In this document: one piece after another, positions 47,046 to 57,223 of the stretch
Position numbering within the stretch: the stretch's first letter is position 1
How the letters are laid out: each line of letters starts with the position of its first letter
Origin: Bacteroidales bacterium
GTDB taxonomy: Bacteria > Bacteroidota > Bacteroidia > Bacteroidales > UBA4417
Direction: 5' to 3'
Assembly (NCBI GenBank): GCA_030654075.1
Contig: JAURYB010000172.1
Coordinates: forward strand, 3,285 to 67,284
DNA length: 64,000 bases
Translations under genes and position numbers: made by a program
Notes under the pieces: model-generated
What the model was told of the DNA's origin: nothing
Seen by the model: the letters and a program-made list of their open reading frames with translations, nothing else
The model's database searches: none

Positions 47046-47894
47046 TTAATCTGCCAATTCATACCATTCGTTCAATCCTGGTCTTAATGATTGCGATATT
47101 CGGTTATAATAGAAATACTTTTTTTGAATAATAGCTGGAGGCAGATTATTTTTGACATATTCATTCATAAAATGATTGAAAAGTATTCCCGCGTGTTTTC
47201 GGCCTGATTCATCGGCTAATGTATAAATATCTTCTATCTCGAGTGAGTCACGATTTTGCTGTAATCCTTCATTCCCCATATCAAGTATCAGTTTAGACCC
47301 ACTAGTGAGGCCATCCATGATTGATTCCTGGTAAAACAAACCCTGCCGGTTTCCTTCACTTGCCTGGCTTGATTCGAACCAACTCAGCAGACTTATCATA
47401 TTCGTTCTTAAACCTTCAAGTGAATATTCATAGTTTTCCTGGTTTTCGGAAGATACTCCATACATACTTATGCAATGGTTTTCGTTTAGCTGTAATTTCG
47501 GAATCTTAATTAACCATTTGGGCTCGGGTAACTCCTGAAAATCATTTGAATTATCGCTCACATAAACTTCAAATTCCTCTTTTTTGAGTTCCTTAATCAG
47601 GCTGCTTGTAAACGTGGTTAGAAAAATTGAATCTGATACATGCTTGATATAGCAGGATTGTTCCCATGCTATGGAATCAAATTGAACAGGAGAATAAATA
47701 ACATTTGTGTCGTAACTGATTGTCAGATTATCTTTGTAAAGTTCGTATGAAGGCATAATCATTACCGTATTCCCTACCTGTTTCCTCACATATTGACGGG
47801 CAAGTCTGTACTCTGGGCTGCAAGCTGCAATTGCGAAGATTACAAACAGAATTATCAGCCTTAAATATCTATACATTAGAATGGAATTTAACAT
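47046..47894 (-). CDS. lipoprotein of unknown function (tandem paralog A)
   Basis: 282 aa. Lipobox FAIAAC. About half the residues are shared with the next ORF (YELYKDNLTISYDT, QFDSIAWEQSCYIKH, PEPKWLIKIPKLQLNE). Confidence 0.65.
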   Translation of the reverse strand: MLNSILMYRYLRLIILFVIFAIAACSPEYRLARQYVRKQVGNTVMIMPSYELYKDNLTISYDTNVIYSPVQFDSIAWEQSCYIKHVSDSIFLTTFTSSLIKELKKEEFEVYVSDNSNDFQELPEPKWLIKIPKLQLNENHCISMYGVSSENQENYEYSLEGLRTNMISLLSWFESSQASEGNRQGLFYQESIMDGLTSGSKLILDMGNEGLQQNRDSLEIEDIYTLADESGRKHAGILFNHFMNEYVKNNLPPAIIQKKYFYYNRISQSLRPGLNEWYELAD

Positions 47895-48023
47895 TCAATA
47901 ACCATTACAATCAAGCCCGAATTGACAACTAAGTATACAAGAAATGCCTTGGACAAGAACATCTGAGATCTTAAAATGGAAGCTCAGAGGCCACGCCGGT
48001 AAATGTTAATTCGCGCACAACTA

Positions 48024-48848
48024 TTATTTGACTACTTCAAAGCGTTCTTTTAGACCGGATTTCAGTGAATTTGATTTCCTGTCGAAATGGAAATACTGCC
48101 TGTTTACAATTCCGGCAGGCAGGTTATCGCGGATATAGTCGTTCATAAAATAATCGAAAAGCATATCCGCGTGTTTTTGACCCATATCTGATGCCATTCT
48201 ATAAACATCATTTACTTTCATCGAATCACGGATTTGCTCCAGGCCTACACTTCCCTCCATGAGGCTAATGTTTATACCCCGCTTTATATCATCCTGGATG
48301 TATCCCGAAAGGTACAATACCTGTTTATTGGTTGTATTTGCACGACTTACTTCAAGCCAACTATTTAAACTCACCTGGTTTATCCTTAATCCTTCGGTGA
48401 ATGGTTCGCCTGTTTCGACAGAATACATCTCATAATAATTCTGACTGTGCTCCTCATTAAGCTGCAGTTGCGCTATCTGTACCACCCATTTTGGGTCAGG
48501 TAACGAGAGAAAAACATCGGAACTGCCGTCCACATAAACATCATATCCATTAACAGTAAGTTGGTTGATCATACTGTTGGTAAATGAGGTAAGATACAGA
48601 GAATCAGAAATATGTTGAATATAACATGATTGTGCCCAGGCGATTGAATCGAATTGTTCAGGACTGTATTTAACGGCTGTATCGAAACTAATCGAAAGGT
48701 TGTCTTTGTAAAGTTCATAAAGAGGTACAATCAATACACCATTTCCTTTGTGATTCTTTACATAATTCCGGGCAAGTTTACGTTCAGGACTGCAACCAAC
48801 CAGCAGCAGTATTAAGAGAACAGATGACAGCACTAAATATCTGAACAT
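48024..48848 (-). CDS. lipoprotein of unknown function (tandem paralog B)
   Basis: 274 aa. Lipobox LLVGC. Collinear similarity to 47046-47894. Confidence 0.65.
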   Translation of the reverse strand: MFRYLVLSSVLLILLLVGCSPERKLARNYVKNHKGNGVLIVPLYELYKDNLSISFDTAVKYSPEQFDSIAWAQSCYIQHISDSLYLTSFTNSMINQLTVNGYDVYVDGSSDVFLSLPDPKWVVQIAQLQLNEEHSQNYYEMYSVETGEPFTEGLRINQVSLNSWLEVSRANTTNKQVLYLSGYIQDDIKRGINISLMEGSVGLEQIRDSMKVNDVYRMASDMGQKHADMLFDYFMNDYIRDNLPAGIVNRQYFHFDRKSNSLKSGLKERFEVVK

Positions 48849-48880
48849 AAGCTAACTTTAAGCCAAAGATAGATGCAAAA

Positions 48881-50098
48881 CTATTTTTCGGAATTCAAAT
48901 TGACCAGCATTTGTTCTGCAAATTCCTTGCCAAATGCTATCCCTTTATTAATTCCTTCTTCGTGTGGGGTGAATTTAATATACAAACCTTCCCTGAAATA
49001 TTTCAATTTGAGATTGCCCATATTGGACTCAAGCATTTTGGCAGCTTCTCCGCTCCAGCCATACGAACCAAAGGATGAAGCAAGCTTACCTTTATCCCGA
49101 ATGGGATTAATAGCTGCGAATAGCTGGTAAACAGGCATCAGGATGTTCTGGTTAATTGTAGGTGAACCAACCATTACACCGGTGCAATTTGCCATATAAT
49201 ACTCAAGATGTTCCAGCGACATATTTTCAATATCATGAACTTCAACGTGAACTCCCGGAACCTGGCTGATACCTTTGGCAATGGCCTCAGCCAGAGTTGA
49301 AGTATTATGATATGCTGATACATAAGGGATAAAAACCATAGGTTTCTCGCCTAACGAAAGTGCTTCTTTTGCAAACTTTTCGCTCAGATCAACATATTTC
49401 TTCCAGTTGGAACGCAAGATCGGTCCATGGCCAGGACAAACTATGCTGACAGGTAAAGGCCGTATCCGTTCAATGGCCTTCAGCATAAATTTACTGAACG
49501 GTTTCAGGATAACATCAAAATAATACCGGAAAGCTTCGTCCCAGTTACCAACTTTATCGTCGAACATGCGTGAATCGCAATAATGCGCTCCGAATGAATC
49601 GCAGGTAAACAAGATGTTTTCGTCTTCAAGGAAAGTGTAGATGCTATCGGGCCAGTGTAGATTAGCGGCTCCGATTACTTTAATTTTTTTATTTCCAAGA
49701 TCAAGTAAATCGCCATCACGCACTTGCAGATGTTTGAAATCACGGCCAAGCATGTCTTTCAGATAACGGATTGCGTTTCCGCTGCCGACTACGGTAGCAT
49801 TCGGTGCCACTTCGAGCAGCTTGTGTAAACTGCCTGAATGGTCGGGCTCGGTGTGATTAACAATGATATATTCCAGTTCAGCCGGATCAGTGAGCTGTTT
49901 CAGTTTTTCGAGGAAAGTTGGAAAATATTTATCTTTAACAGTTTCGACCAGCGTTTTTTTCTCTGCATTGATGAAATATGAATTGTAAGTAGTTCCATAA
50001 GGTGTATGCATAACCACATCAAACGTAACCAGTTCGCGGTCGAGTACACCAACCCAGTGTACATCTTTGGTAATTTCAAGGATTTTGTCGTCAATCAT
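48881..50098 (-). CDS. fprA: flavodiiron protein (FprA-type A flavoprotein; O2/NO reductase)
   Basis: 405 aa. Metallo-beta-lactamase-like diiron domain with HTEPDHSG plus C-terminal flavodoxin-like domain. Confidence 0.88.
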   Translation of the reverse strand: MIDDKILEITKDVHWVGVLDRELVTFDVVMHTPYGTTYNSYFINAEKKTLVETVKDKYFPTFLEKLKQLTDPAELEYIIVNHTEPDHSGSLHKLLEVAPNATVVGSGNAIRYLKDMLGRDFKHLQVRDGDLLDLGNKKIKVIGAANLHWPDSIYTFLEDENILFTCDSFGAHYCDSRMFDDKVGNWDEAFRYYFDVILKPFSKFMLKAIERIRPLPVSIVCPGHGPILRSNWKKYVDLSEKFAKEALSLGEKPMVFIPYVSAYHNTSTLAEAIAKGISQVPGVHVEVHDIENMSLEHLEYYMANCTGVMVGSPTINQNILMPVYQLFAAINPIRDKGKLASSFGSYGWSGEAAKMLESNMGNLKLKYFREGLYIKFTPHEEGINKGIAFGKEFAEQMLVNLNSEK

Positions 50099-50124
50099 AA
50101 TTTGTTGTTTTTCATTTGTAACCG

Positions 50125-50285
50125 TAGAGACGCGATGCTTCGCGTCTCTATCGGTGATTATTTTTTTGTCTGAAACGCGATGCTTCGCGTCTCTGCGGTG
50201 ATTATTTTTTTTGTCTGAGACGTGATGCTTCGCGTCTCTATCGGTAGGTAATTATTATTATCTGAGACGCGAGGCATCGCGTCTC
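50125..50285. repeat. array of four GC-rich hairpin units at about 46-bp period
   Basis: TAGAGACGCGATGCTTCGCGTCTCTA (50125-50150), gaaacgcgatgcttcgcgtctc (50172-50193), gagacgtgatgcttcgcgtctc (50217-50238), gagacgcgaggcatcgcgtctc (50264-50285, loop inverted). Conserved T-rich linkers tcggtgattattttttttgtct. Confidence 0.9.
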
Positions 50286-50292
50286 TACGATA

Positions 50293-53286
50293 TTAAAACA
50301 ATGACATCTGAATTCCTGTGCCTGAATCGTCGTCCTCAGGAAAATCGGGTGGATTTACAGGTGGTATCGGTTCCTTTGGTTCCTTTATTTCTTTAACTGC
50401 TTTATAGACTTTTGGTTCTTTTGTTGCCTTAGGTATTTCAGGTTGCTTTGGTACTTTTGGTTGCTTTGTTTCTTTTATCTTCTTAGGTTTAGGGTCCTTT
50501 ATCTCTTCCTCAATCCAATCAACTTCATCTGCTTTGGTATCGTTACTTTCTTCAGACCTGACATCATCTTCTTCAACGCTTTCTACAAGGTTATCATCTG
50601 TATTTTCTTCACCATTTTTATCTTCACTTCCACCAAACTCTTCACCAACTTCTCCTTCAAAGTCTTCTTCAATTTCTCCTTCAGAGTCTTCTTCAATATC
50701 TTCATCCTCAACAGGAATAGGATCAAGCCAGGTAATTAAACTAACCGGATGATTGCTGAGTTTTTTACCTTTAGCTTTTACACCCATTACTTCAACAAAC
50801 TCATCGAGGATAATTTCTTCAGGTTCAACTGATTTTTTCGCTCCTTCATTGTTATACTCAACCCTTATCTGCGGTTTTTTATCAGTAACAACCTTTACAA
50901 ATTTATTGCCATCCTCTTCAGGAAACATACAGACCTTTTTATCTGAAAATTCAGGTATGAAACGCTTGATGAAACTAGCCTTCTTAAGTTCATTATAATA
51001 CAGGACCGTGATTGCTTTCGAAGGATTAAATTTTTCGATATGCGACATGTCCTCTTCGAAATGGTTCGACAAATCGAAGCTCATCAATTTGTAAAATCCG
51101 GATAGGGTGAGGGTAAGTATTTTGTCGTCTTCCTTAAACGCGCCAATATATTGCCCGCGCTGATCCGTATTGAGTCGCATCACTGTATCGTCGTACCAGA
51201 TATGGCGTGCTCCGAGGGTGGAAAATCCTTTTTCGGCCTGTACAATCTTTTTCACAGGGTTTTTGCTCAGCACATTGCCTTGCGAACTGCGGCCTTTTAT
51301 GGCCAGTTCCGAAAAATCAAAGTCGAAATTAAGTTTTTTTAGTCGTGGTTTCGGTTTCAGGCTAACCTTGATTATTTCGGATTCGCCATTGGGATTTACA
51401 GTAAAATAAAGCACTTTCGAGCCAGCGGTTCCCTTCGTTAATACATAATCCTTATCGCGGACCACACCCGTTACCGCAAATCGTTTTACATAAACGGATC
51501 CCATCCTGCCATCCTGGTATATAACATGATACACAGTCCGGTCGTCATTCTTCTTAAATACGTCGATGTGGATCACGTTTTTACCGACAAAGGCCTTTTC
51601 CGCAACACGGGTAACTGCAAATGTCCCGTCTTCGCGGAAAACAATAATATCATCTATATCTGAGCAGTCGCAGACAAACTCATCCTTTTTAAGCCCGAAA
51701 CCTGCGAAACCTTCGACGCGGTTCACATATAATTTCTGTGTGGCGGCAGCAACAGCAGCGGCTTCAATGCTTTCGAAATTTCGGAGCTCAGTTTTGCGCT
51801 CGCGGCCGGCAGCATATTTCTTGCGAATGGTTTCGTAAAAGGCGATTACAAACTCGGTCAGATTTTCGAGGTTATGTTTTACCTGGAGTAATTCTTCATT
51901 CAGGTTCTTAATATGCTCATCCGCTTTGAAAGCGTTGAACTTTGAAATACGCTTGATCCGGATTTCAGTAAGCCGTACTAAATCTTCTTCAGTAATTTCA
52001 CGATAGAAATCAGGTTTATAGGGTTCAAGCCCTTTATCGATTGCGGAGAGAACTTCTTCCCAGGTTGTACATTCTTCAATATCACGGTAAATCCGGTTTT
52101 CGATAAAAATCCGTTCAAGTGACGCAAAAAGCAAGGATTCCATCAGTTCCTGCTCACGGATCATCTGCTCCATTTTTATCATTTCAACGGTACGCTGAAC
52201 TGAAATACGCAGTATATCCTTAACACCCATAAAGAATGGCTTTCCCTGGTGGATTACACACGAATTGGGTGATTCGGAGCGTTCACAATCCGTAAATGCA
52301 TAGAGAGCGTCAATCGACTGGTCGGGAGAGACACCCGGTTGCAGGTGTATCAGGATTTCAACATTCTGGGCAGTATTATCATCAATCTTGCGGATCTTGA
52401 TCTTCCCTTTTTCGCTGGCAGCAATAATGGTATCAATAAGGTCACCGGTTGTGGTACCCCATGGAATCTCAGTGATGACAAGAGTTTTTTTATCGAACTG
52501 GCTGATTCGGGCACGGATGCGGATTTTACCACCACGTAGTCCATCGTTGTATCTTACCACATCGGCAAGTCCGCCTGTTGGGAAATCAGGAACCAAAGTA
52601 AAATCCTGGCCACGGAGCACAGCTATTGAAGCATCAATAAGCTCTACAAAATTATGCGGCAATGTTTTTGATGCCAGTCCAACGGCAATTCCCTCAACAC
52701 CCATCTGCAGAAGCACAGGGAACTTCATCGGAAGGTTGACAGGCTCTTTATTCCGTCCGTCGTAGGATAACTTCCATTTGGTTGTTTTCGGGTTGAACGC
52801 AACCTCAAGCGCGAATTTCGAAAGCCGTGCTTCAATATAACGGGGAGCAGCAGCCCTGTCGCCGGTAAGTATATTTCCCCAGTTTCCCTGGGTATCGATG
52901 AGTAAATCTTTCTGGCCAATCTGAACCATGGCATCACCGATGGAAGCATCGCCATGCGGATGGTACTTCATCGTATTGCCGATAACATTGGCAACTTTAT
53001 TGTAACGGCCATCTTCCAGTTCCCACATGCTATGCAGGATACGCCGCTGAACAGGTTTCAGCCCATCGAGCACTTCGGGAACGGCACGGTCGAGGATTAC
53101 ATAGGAAGCATAATCGAGGAACCAGTTCTGGTACATTCCTGGTAGAAATGTGGTGTGATGCATATCCCCGGCATCAAATGGCTCATCAGTTTCGGGCAAT
53201 GTTATCCCAGTACCTTCAGTGGGTAAACTTTCACCGGAGATATCATCCTCAAAGGTTCCTTCTTCCAATTCGTCGTTCTCGTCCAT
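50293..53286 (-). CDS. parC: DNA topoisomerase IV subunit A (ParC-type) with about 150-aa low-complexity C-terminal tail
   Basis: 997 aa. LDYASYVILDRAVPEVLDGLKPVQRRILHSM, KYHPHGD, catalytic Tyr region AAPRYIEARL. The tail is acidic (EDEDIEEDSEGEIEEDFEGE...) then Lys/Pro-rich (KPKKIKETKQPKVPKQPEIPK...). Confidence 0.88.
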   Translation of the reverse strand: MDENDELEEGTFEDDISGESLPTEGTGITLPETDEPFDAGDMHHTTFLPGMYQNWFLDYASYVILDRAVPEVLDGLKPVQRRILHSMWELEDGRYNKVANVIGNTMKYHPHGDASIGDAMVQIGQKDLLIDTQGNWGNILTGDRAAAPRYIEARLSKFALEVAFNPKTTKWKLSYDGRNKEPVNLPMKFPVLLQMGVEGIAVGLASKTLPHNFVELIDASIAVLRGQDFTLVPDFPTGGLADVVRYNDGLRGGKIRIRARISQFDKKTLVITEIPWGTTTGDLIDTIIAASEKGKIKIRKIDDNTAQNVEILIHLQPGVSPDQSIDALYAFTDCERSESPNSCVIHQGKPFFMGVKDILRISVQRTVEMIKMEQMIREQELMESLLFASLERIFIENRIYRDIEECTTWEEVLSAIDKGLEPYKPDFYREITEEDLVRLTEIRIKRISKFNAFKADEHIKNLNEELLQVKHNLENLTEFVIAFYETIRKKYAAGRERKTELRNFESIEAAAVAAATQKLYVNRVEGFAGFGLKKDEFVCDCSDIDDIIVFREDGTFAVTRVAEKAFVGKNVIHIDVFKKNDDRTVYHVIYQDGRMGSVYVKRFAVTGVVRDKDYVLTKGTAGSKVLYFTVNPNGESEIIKVSLKPKPRLKKLNFDFDFSELAIKGRSSQGNVLSKNPVKKIVQAEKGFSTLGARHIWYDDTVMRLNTDQRGQYIGAFKEDDKILTLTLSGFYKLMSFDLSNHFEEDMSHIEKFNPSKAITVLYYNELKKASFIKRFIPEFSDKKVCMFPEEDGNKFVKVVTDKKPQIRVEYNNEGAKKSVEPEEIILDEFVEVMGVKAKGKKLSNHPVSLITWLDPIPVEDEDIEEDSEGEIEEDFEGEVGEEFGGSEDKNGEENTDDNLVESVEEDDVRSEESNDTKADEVDWIEEEIKDPKPKKIKETKQPKVPKQPEIPKATKEPKVYKAVKEIKEPKEPIPPVNPPDFPEDDDSGTGIQMSLF

Positions 53287-53372
53287 TGCCTGTATTAATT
53301 TTACTGAATTCCTGACTACTTAAAATTTGGTGCAAATTTACTCTTAGTAAGTAATTTATAAAATCTGTAAGC

Positions 53373-55439
53373 CTATTTTTTAAAGAATCTTATCAACAAT
53401 ATTTCAGCCAGCAACAGTAATAATGTAAGCCAGATAAAATAATGCCATAGTTGTGTTCCACTATTCATTTGAGCAATCACTTCGTTTAATGGTTTCTGAC
53501 CGGTTTTTATAATGCTAAAAGAAGTAAGATGCGATTTGTCCAAAATCGATTCCATTTCGCTCATGCTGTTGCACGAGAGGTCACTTTCACCACGGTTGTA
53601 GTTGAACGCCAGGGAAGTAATAATTTTTTTGTCATTCATCAGCTCGAAATTGCCGGCCATGGGAACCTGGTTTCCGACAAAAATATTCACCATATTCCCG
53701 GTTGAATTGATTTGTGGGATCATATTAAAATCACCGGTCAGTGATTTGATTGTGTAAATCTTATCACCAACGGGAAAAGTGGTTCCAATGCGTATACCTT
53801 TATTGTCGCCGATAAAATTGTACAGGTTATGTGAAGGATGACTTATTAATGCAATATTGTATAAAACCGGAACAAAAAGTGCCTGTTGCGGGAAATTACT
53901 GAAAGCAGGATCAAGAGGAACCGTTAACTGTAAAATTTGTCCCATCCCGCTATTGGTAAGTGTCAGAAATACTCTTCCGTTCAGCATTTCCATCAGCGGA
54001 ACCGTAAGCATAGTTGACGTATAAACAATCGGGAAATGCTTGTTTACCTTAGGCAGATCAGTATTTGTGTTAACTATTTGCTTTCCCTGTTGTTTTTCAA
54101 ATACATCCCGGAACAGGTAACTATCTTCACTAAGTCGTACTACTTTGGTATCCGTAGTGTCAACATTTAAATAGGATGGAGCTTTTAAGGAAGACAATAA
54201 ATTGTTGTAGGTTGCAAAATCTGCATTTGCCGCCGGAAGAATAAGAATGGTTCCTCCATTTGTTACATAACGTTTTATCTCTTCAGCCAAACCTGTAGAT
54301 ATGCCTGGTACTTCGTTGAGAATAATCAGGTCAAAATGGGAAAGCCGGCTATAGTCGAGCGATTTTTCGTTCATATTGGTCAGTCTCACGGATGAATCCT
54401 GCGCAAATAAAGCATCCAGGAAACGGTTTTCACTTCCACCATTTATTGCAAGTACGTTTATTGATGCAAGAACATCGAACGAAAAATAGAATTTGTCGTC
54501 GTAGGTTACCGGGTAATCGGTAACCTGGAGCAATCCATTTTGCGGACCAGGCTGATGAATGGTAAACGGGAGTTGTACTATAGTTGACATTCCTGCTTTG
54601 ATATCGATGCTGGCAACCGATTTTTGCTGGTTATTTGTAAGCAGTTTTAATGGGATTTTTTCAAGATCATTTTCTGATTTATTCCAAACCCTGGCCGAAA
54701 GCAAGGCTGTTTTCCCAGGTTGTTGTGTAGGCTGCTCGAACCAGCAGGAATCGATATATAAATTGGCAATCAAAGTGGATTTGAGAGGAACCAGAAAACT
54801 ACTGATGGAAGAATCCTGCAGGAAATCAATGCTATTAAACGAAGATTTCTGAAAATCAGAAATGATATAGGAATTCCGGCGTGCCGAGGCTTCATTTTTA
54901 AGCAGATCGTATTGACGGCGTATTATTTCGGAAAAAGAATGCACGGATGATGAAACTTTTACTTCTTCGAGCATAGTGAGAAACTCATCGCGGGTTACCA
55001 GCCGCTGATGCCTTCCTTCGAAATCACAGGTAAGTAATTGGAATAAGTCTGATGATTTATAGGCAGATACAATTTCGCGGGCTTGCAGTTTCGATTCGTC
55101 GAGCAAAGTGCCATTGGCGCCTGTAGCTTCCATACTGAACGAATTATCGACAAAAATACTGACCGCATTTCGCGAAGCTATCTTTGACTTGCTTTCTGAA
55201 AAGGGAATATATGGTTGAGCAAATGCCATTACCAACGCCACAATAGCCAGTATTCGCATAGTCAATATAAGCAAGTGGCGGAGTTGTGACTGCTTCTGTG
55301 TTTGCTGCTTAAGCTCCTGTAAAAAGCGGACATTGGTGAAGTAAACCTTGCGGAACCGCCTGAAATTGAATAAGTGGATTATTACGGGTATAGCAATAGC
55401 CAGTAAACCAAAAAGATATAAAGGGTTGACAAATTGCAT
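53373..55439 (-). CDS. BatA-domain protein (N-terminal double-TM domain, aerotolerance-operon-related family)
   Basis: 688 aa. N-terminus MQFVNPLYLFGLLAIAIPVIIHLFNFRRFRKVYFTNVRFL is the classic BatA/double-TM signature. C-terminal TM helix. Confidence 0.75.
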   Translation of the reverse strand: MQFVNPLYLFGLLAIAIPVIIHLFNFRRFRKVYFTNVRFLQELKQQTQKQSQLRHLLILTMRILAIVALVMAFAQPYIPFSESKSKIASRNAVSIFVDNSFSMEATGANGTLLDESKLQAREIVSAYKSSDLFQLLTCDFEGRHQRLVTRDEFLTMLEEVKVSSSVHSFSEIIRRQYDLLKNEASARRNSYIISDFQKSSFNSIDFLQDSSISSFLVPLKSTLIANLYIDSCWFEQPTQQPGKTALLSARVWNKSENDLEKIPLKLLTNNQQKSVASIDIKAGMSTIVQLPFTIHQPGPQNGLLQVTDYPVTYDDKFYFSFDVLASINVLAINGGSENRFLDALFAQDSSVRLTNMNEKSLDYSRLSHFDLIILNEVPGISTGLAEEIKRYVTNGGTILILPAANADFATYNNLLSSLKAPSYLNVDTTDTKVVRLSEDSYLFRDVFEKQQGKQIVNTNTDLPKVNKHFPIVYTSTMLTVPLMEMLNGRVFLTLTNSGMGQILQLTVPLDPAFSNFPQQALFVPVLYNIALISHPSHNLYNFIGDNKGIRIGTTFPVGDKIYTIKSLTGDFNMIPQINSTGNMVNIFVGNQVPMAGNFELMNDKKIITSLAFNYNRGESDLSCNSMSEMESILDKSHLTSFSIIKTGQKPLNEVIAQMNSGTQLWHYFIWLTLLLLLAEILLIRFFKK

Positions 55440-55783
55440 AGGAAAAGTAATACGCGCTTATTTACTGAAATATTGTGCAAAAGTAAGGGTTTTGGGGGAG
55501 ATAGAGCGTTTAAATTTGATCACATCAATAAACTAAAAGTCGGCCAAACAGTTAAGCAGATTGCCTGGCTAATAAAATATTTAATCAATAATACTGCTGT
55601 GGTATTAAGGGATTATTACCCTAAATAAAATACAGAATATCAAGTAAATATGAATAGTAATGAAATGGTTCTATTTTAGGTAACAGCTTAGATTTTAAGT
55701 TCATGGAAAGACGAACAGTTCTGAACTATCATAGAACTTAATTCGAAGTAAAGACAATCTTATCGAAATTCCTCTTGTCCAAT

Positions 55784-56014
55784 TTAGTAATATTGGTCAT
55801 TATACGATGTTTGGGAATCACCTGACATAGGTTCAGCTGAATTTCCAATCTTTTTAGCTTTTGGTTTTTCATTAAAGAATTTTTCGGTGGTCCAATCTGT
55901 AAAATAATCTGTAGATGGAGCAACCCTATTTTTGTGGGTATCCTTTGCTTCAAATGGGTTGATAGAAGCCTGGTTAACGCCCTTTTCGCGTATGAATTTA
56001 TTTTTTGTTTTCAT
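55784..56014 (-). CDS. small hypothetical protein (paralog of 56130-56429?)
   Basis: 76 aa from ATG 56014 (MKTKNKFIREKGVNQ..DYFTDWTTEKF). Resembles MRTRKTFIHEDGIYE..DSYDWYPEKQ of the neighbouring ORF. Confidence 0.4.
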   Translation of the reverse strand: MKTKNKFIREKGVNQASINPFEAKDTHKNRVAPSTDYFTDWTTEKFFNEKPKAKKIGNSAEPMSGDSQTSYNDQYY

Positions 56015-56129
56015 TTGAATCTGATTTAACATTATTCAGGATATACTTGCTTAAGGTACAGTCAAACTGGTGCTTTAAACTCACGAACTATCAATGATAA
56101 ATGGATTCTTGTGATCAGGAGAAACTAAA

Positions 56130-56429
56130 TTACACCGCAATATTGTTTAATTCCTCATAGAGAGTAGCCATAGAGTTAGCGTCCTGGTTATTCGTTTTGC
56201 TGAAATTATCAATCTGCGATTGCAGTTTATATTCTTCCCCTAAAGGGAGATCGATAATTCCCTCAAACTTTTCGGTTTCTCCTTTTATTGAAGATTGCTT
56301 TTCAGGATACCAGTCATAAGAATCGTTTATTGGAACAATTTCTTTGATTTGTTTTTCGTGTGGTTCCGGAAGGCGTGAAACACCCTCATAAATACCATCT
56401 TCGTGTATAAATGTTTTACGAGTTCTCAT
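56130..56429 (-). CDS. small hypothetical protein
   Basis: 99-aa ORF with ATG start, same strand as its neighbours. No motif recognised. Confidence 0.45.
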   Translation of the reverse strand: MRTRKTFIHEDGIYEGVSRLPEPHEKQIKEIVPINDSYDWYPEKQSSIKGETEKFEGIIDLPLGEEYKLQSQIDNFSKTNNQDANSMATLYEELNNIAV

Positions 56430-56511
56430 ATTTCCTTGATTTTTAAATAAGTTTTTTGTGTGAGGTGTCTTGTAATTAATTTTAATCTCTCAAGCTTACC
56501 TGGTATCCAGA

Positions 56512-56829
56512 TTAAGGCAATTTGCATTGTATAACCGAATTGTAAACCCCAGGAAAAGGAGTTGGTGCCAATTCATCTGCGTCCATATCGCTTTCCCATT
56601 TGTACCTGTTAAGCAAATACCGGAACTGATAATCTTTGCCAACCGGCAGTTCGAGAGTAAATTGAAACTTCCCGTTTTCTGCCTTTTTCATGGGATGTTT
56701 ATCCGGATGCCACTCATTAAAATCGCCTACGATAGCAACTTTTTTTACGTGATCTTGCAAAGATTCCGGCAAAGTGAAAAATACCCGGTAAACTCCATTT
56801 TTCGGGTAAAAAGTTTTTTTAATGCTCAT
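56512..56829 (-). CDS. CBM48/AMPK-beta-like glycogen-binding (early-set) domain protein
   Basis: 105 aa from ATG 56829. VAIVGDFNEWHP...MKKAENGKFQFTLELPVGKDYQFRYLLN is the CBM48 pattern. Confidence 0.7.
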   Translation of the reverse strand: MSIKKTFYPKNGVYRVFFTLPESLQDHVKKVAIVGDFNEWHPDKHPMKKAENGKFQFTLELPVGKDYQFRYLLNRYKWESDMDADELAPTPFPGVYNSVIQCKLP

Positions 56830-57223
56830 ATCAGCCTCCTCTTTTTTAGTAAAACAATAAGTTACATGTTCTCTTAAAATCAACTGTGGTGATGACGTTC
56901 AGTTTCTTTAATTCAAAGGGGATAGTTTTATTTTCCCTCAGAGGTTCTGTAATTAAAAAAGGAACGGATTTGAGAATTTAATCCTTGGTTACTTCGTTTG
57001 GAGAGTGCACCTCCATCGCCACCACTTTTTTACAGGGCGTCAAACATCAGATCAAAGGTGTGGGGATTCTCCCTGTCGAAAACTATACGCTCTTGCCAGG
57101 CTATTGACACCAGGTTCTTCTGAGTTTGAGCGCGTCAATTCTACAACCTTTTAATTTAGTTGTGTTGTAAAACAAAATTAGAATATTAGAAGCTGGTTTG
57201 CTTGAAAATCAGGATAATAAACA

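Noticed and set aside
50125-50285. Considered a small CRISPR array (four regularly spaced palindromic repeats).
   Set aside because: The intervening 'spacers' are only about 20-24 bp, T-rich and nearly identical to each other. One repeat is inverted. No cas genes or leader are nearby. It fits a REP/terminator-type hairpin array instead.
56884-57223. Possible riboswitch or sRNA in the 406-bp non-coding region upstream of the CBM48 gene (GC-rich core about 57000-57140, CAGGG...CCCTG stem, GTGGTG...CACCAC followed by TTTTTT on the plus strand).
   Set aside because: I compared it by eye with TPP, cobalamin, SAM, SRP, tmRNA, RNase P and 6S signatures and found no convincing match. The helices are short and could arise by chance. 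It needs Infernal/Rfam and RNA-seq before any call.
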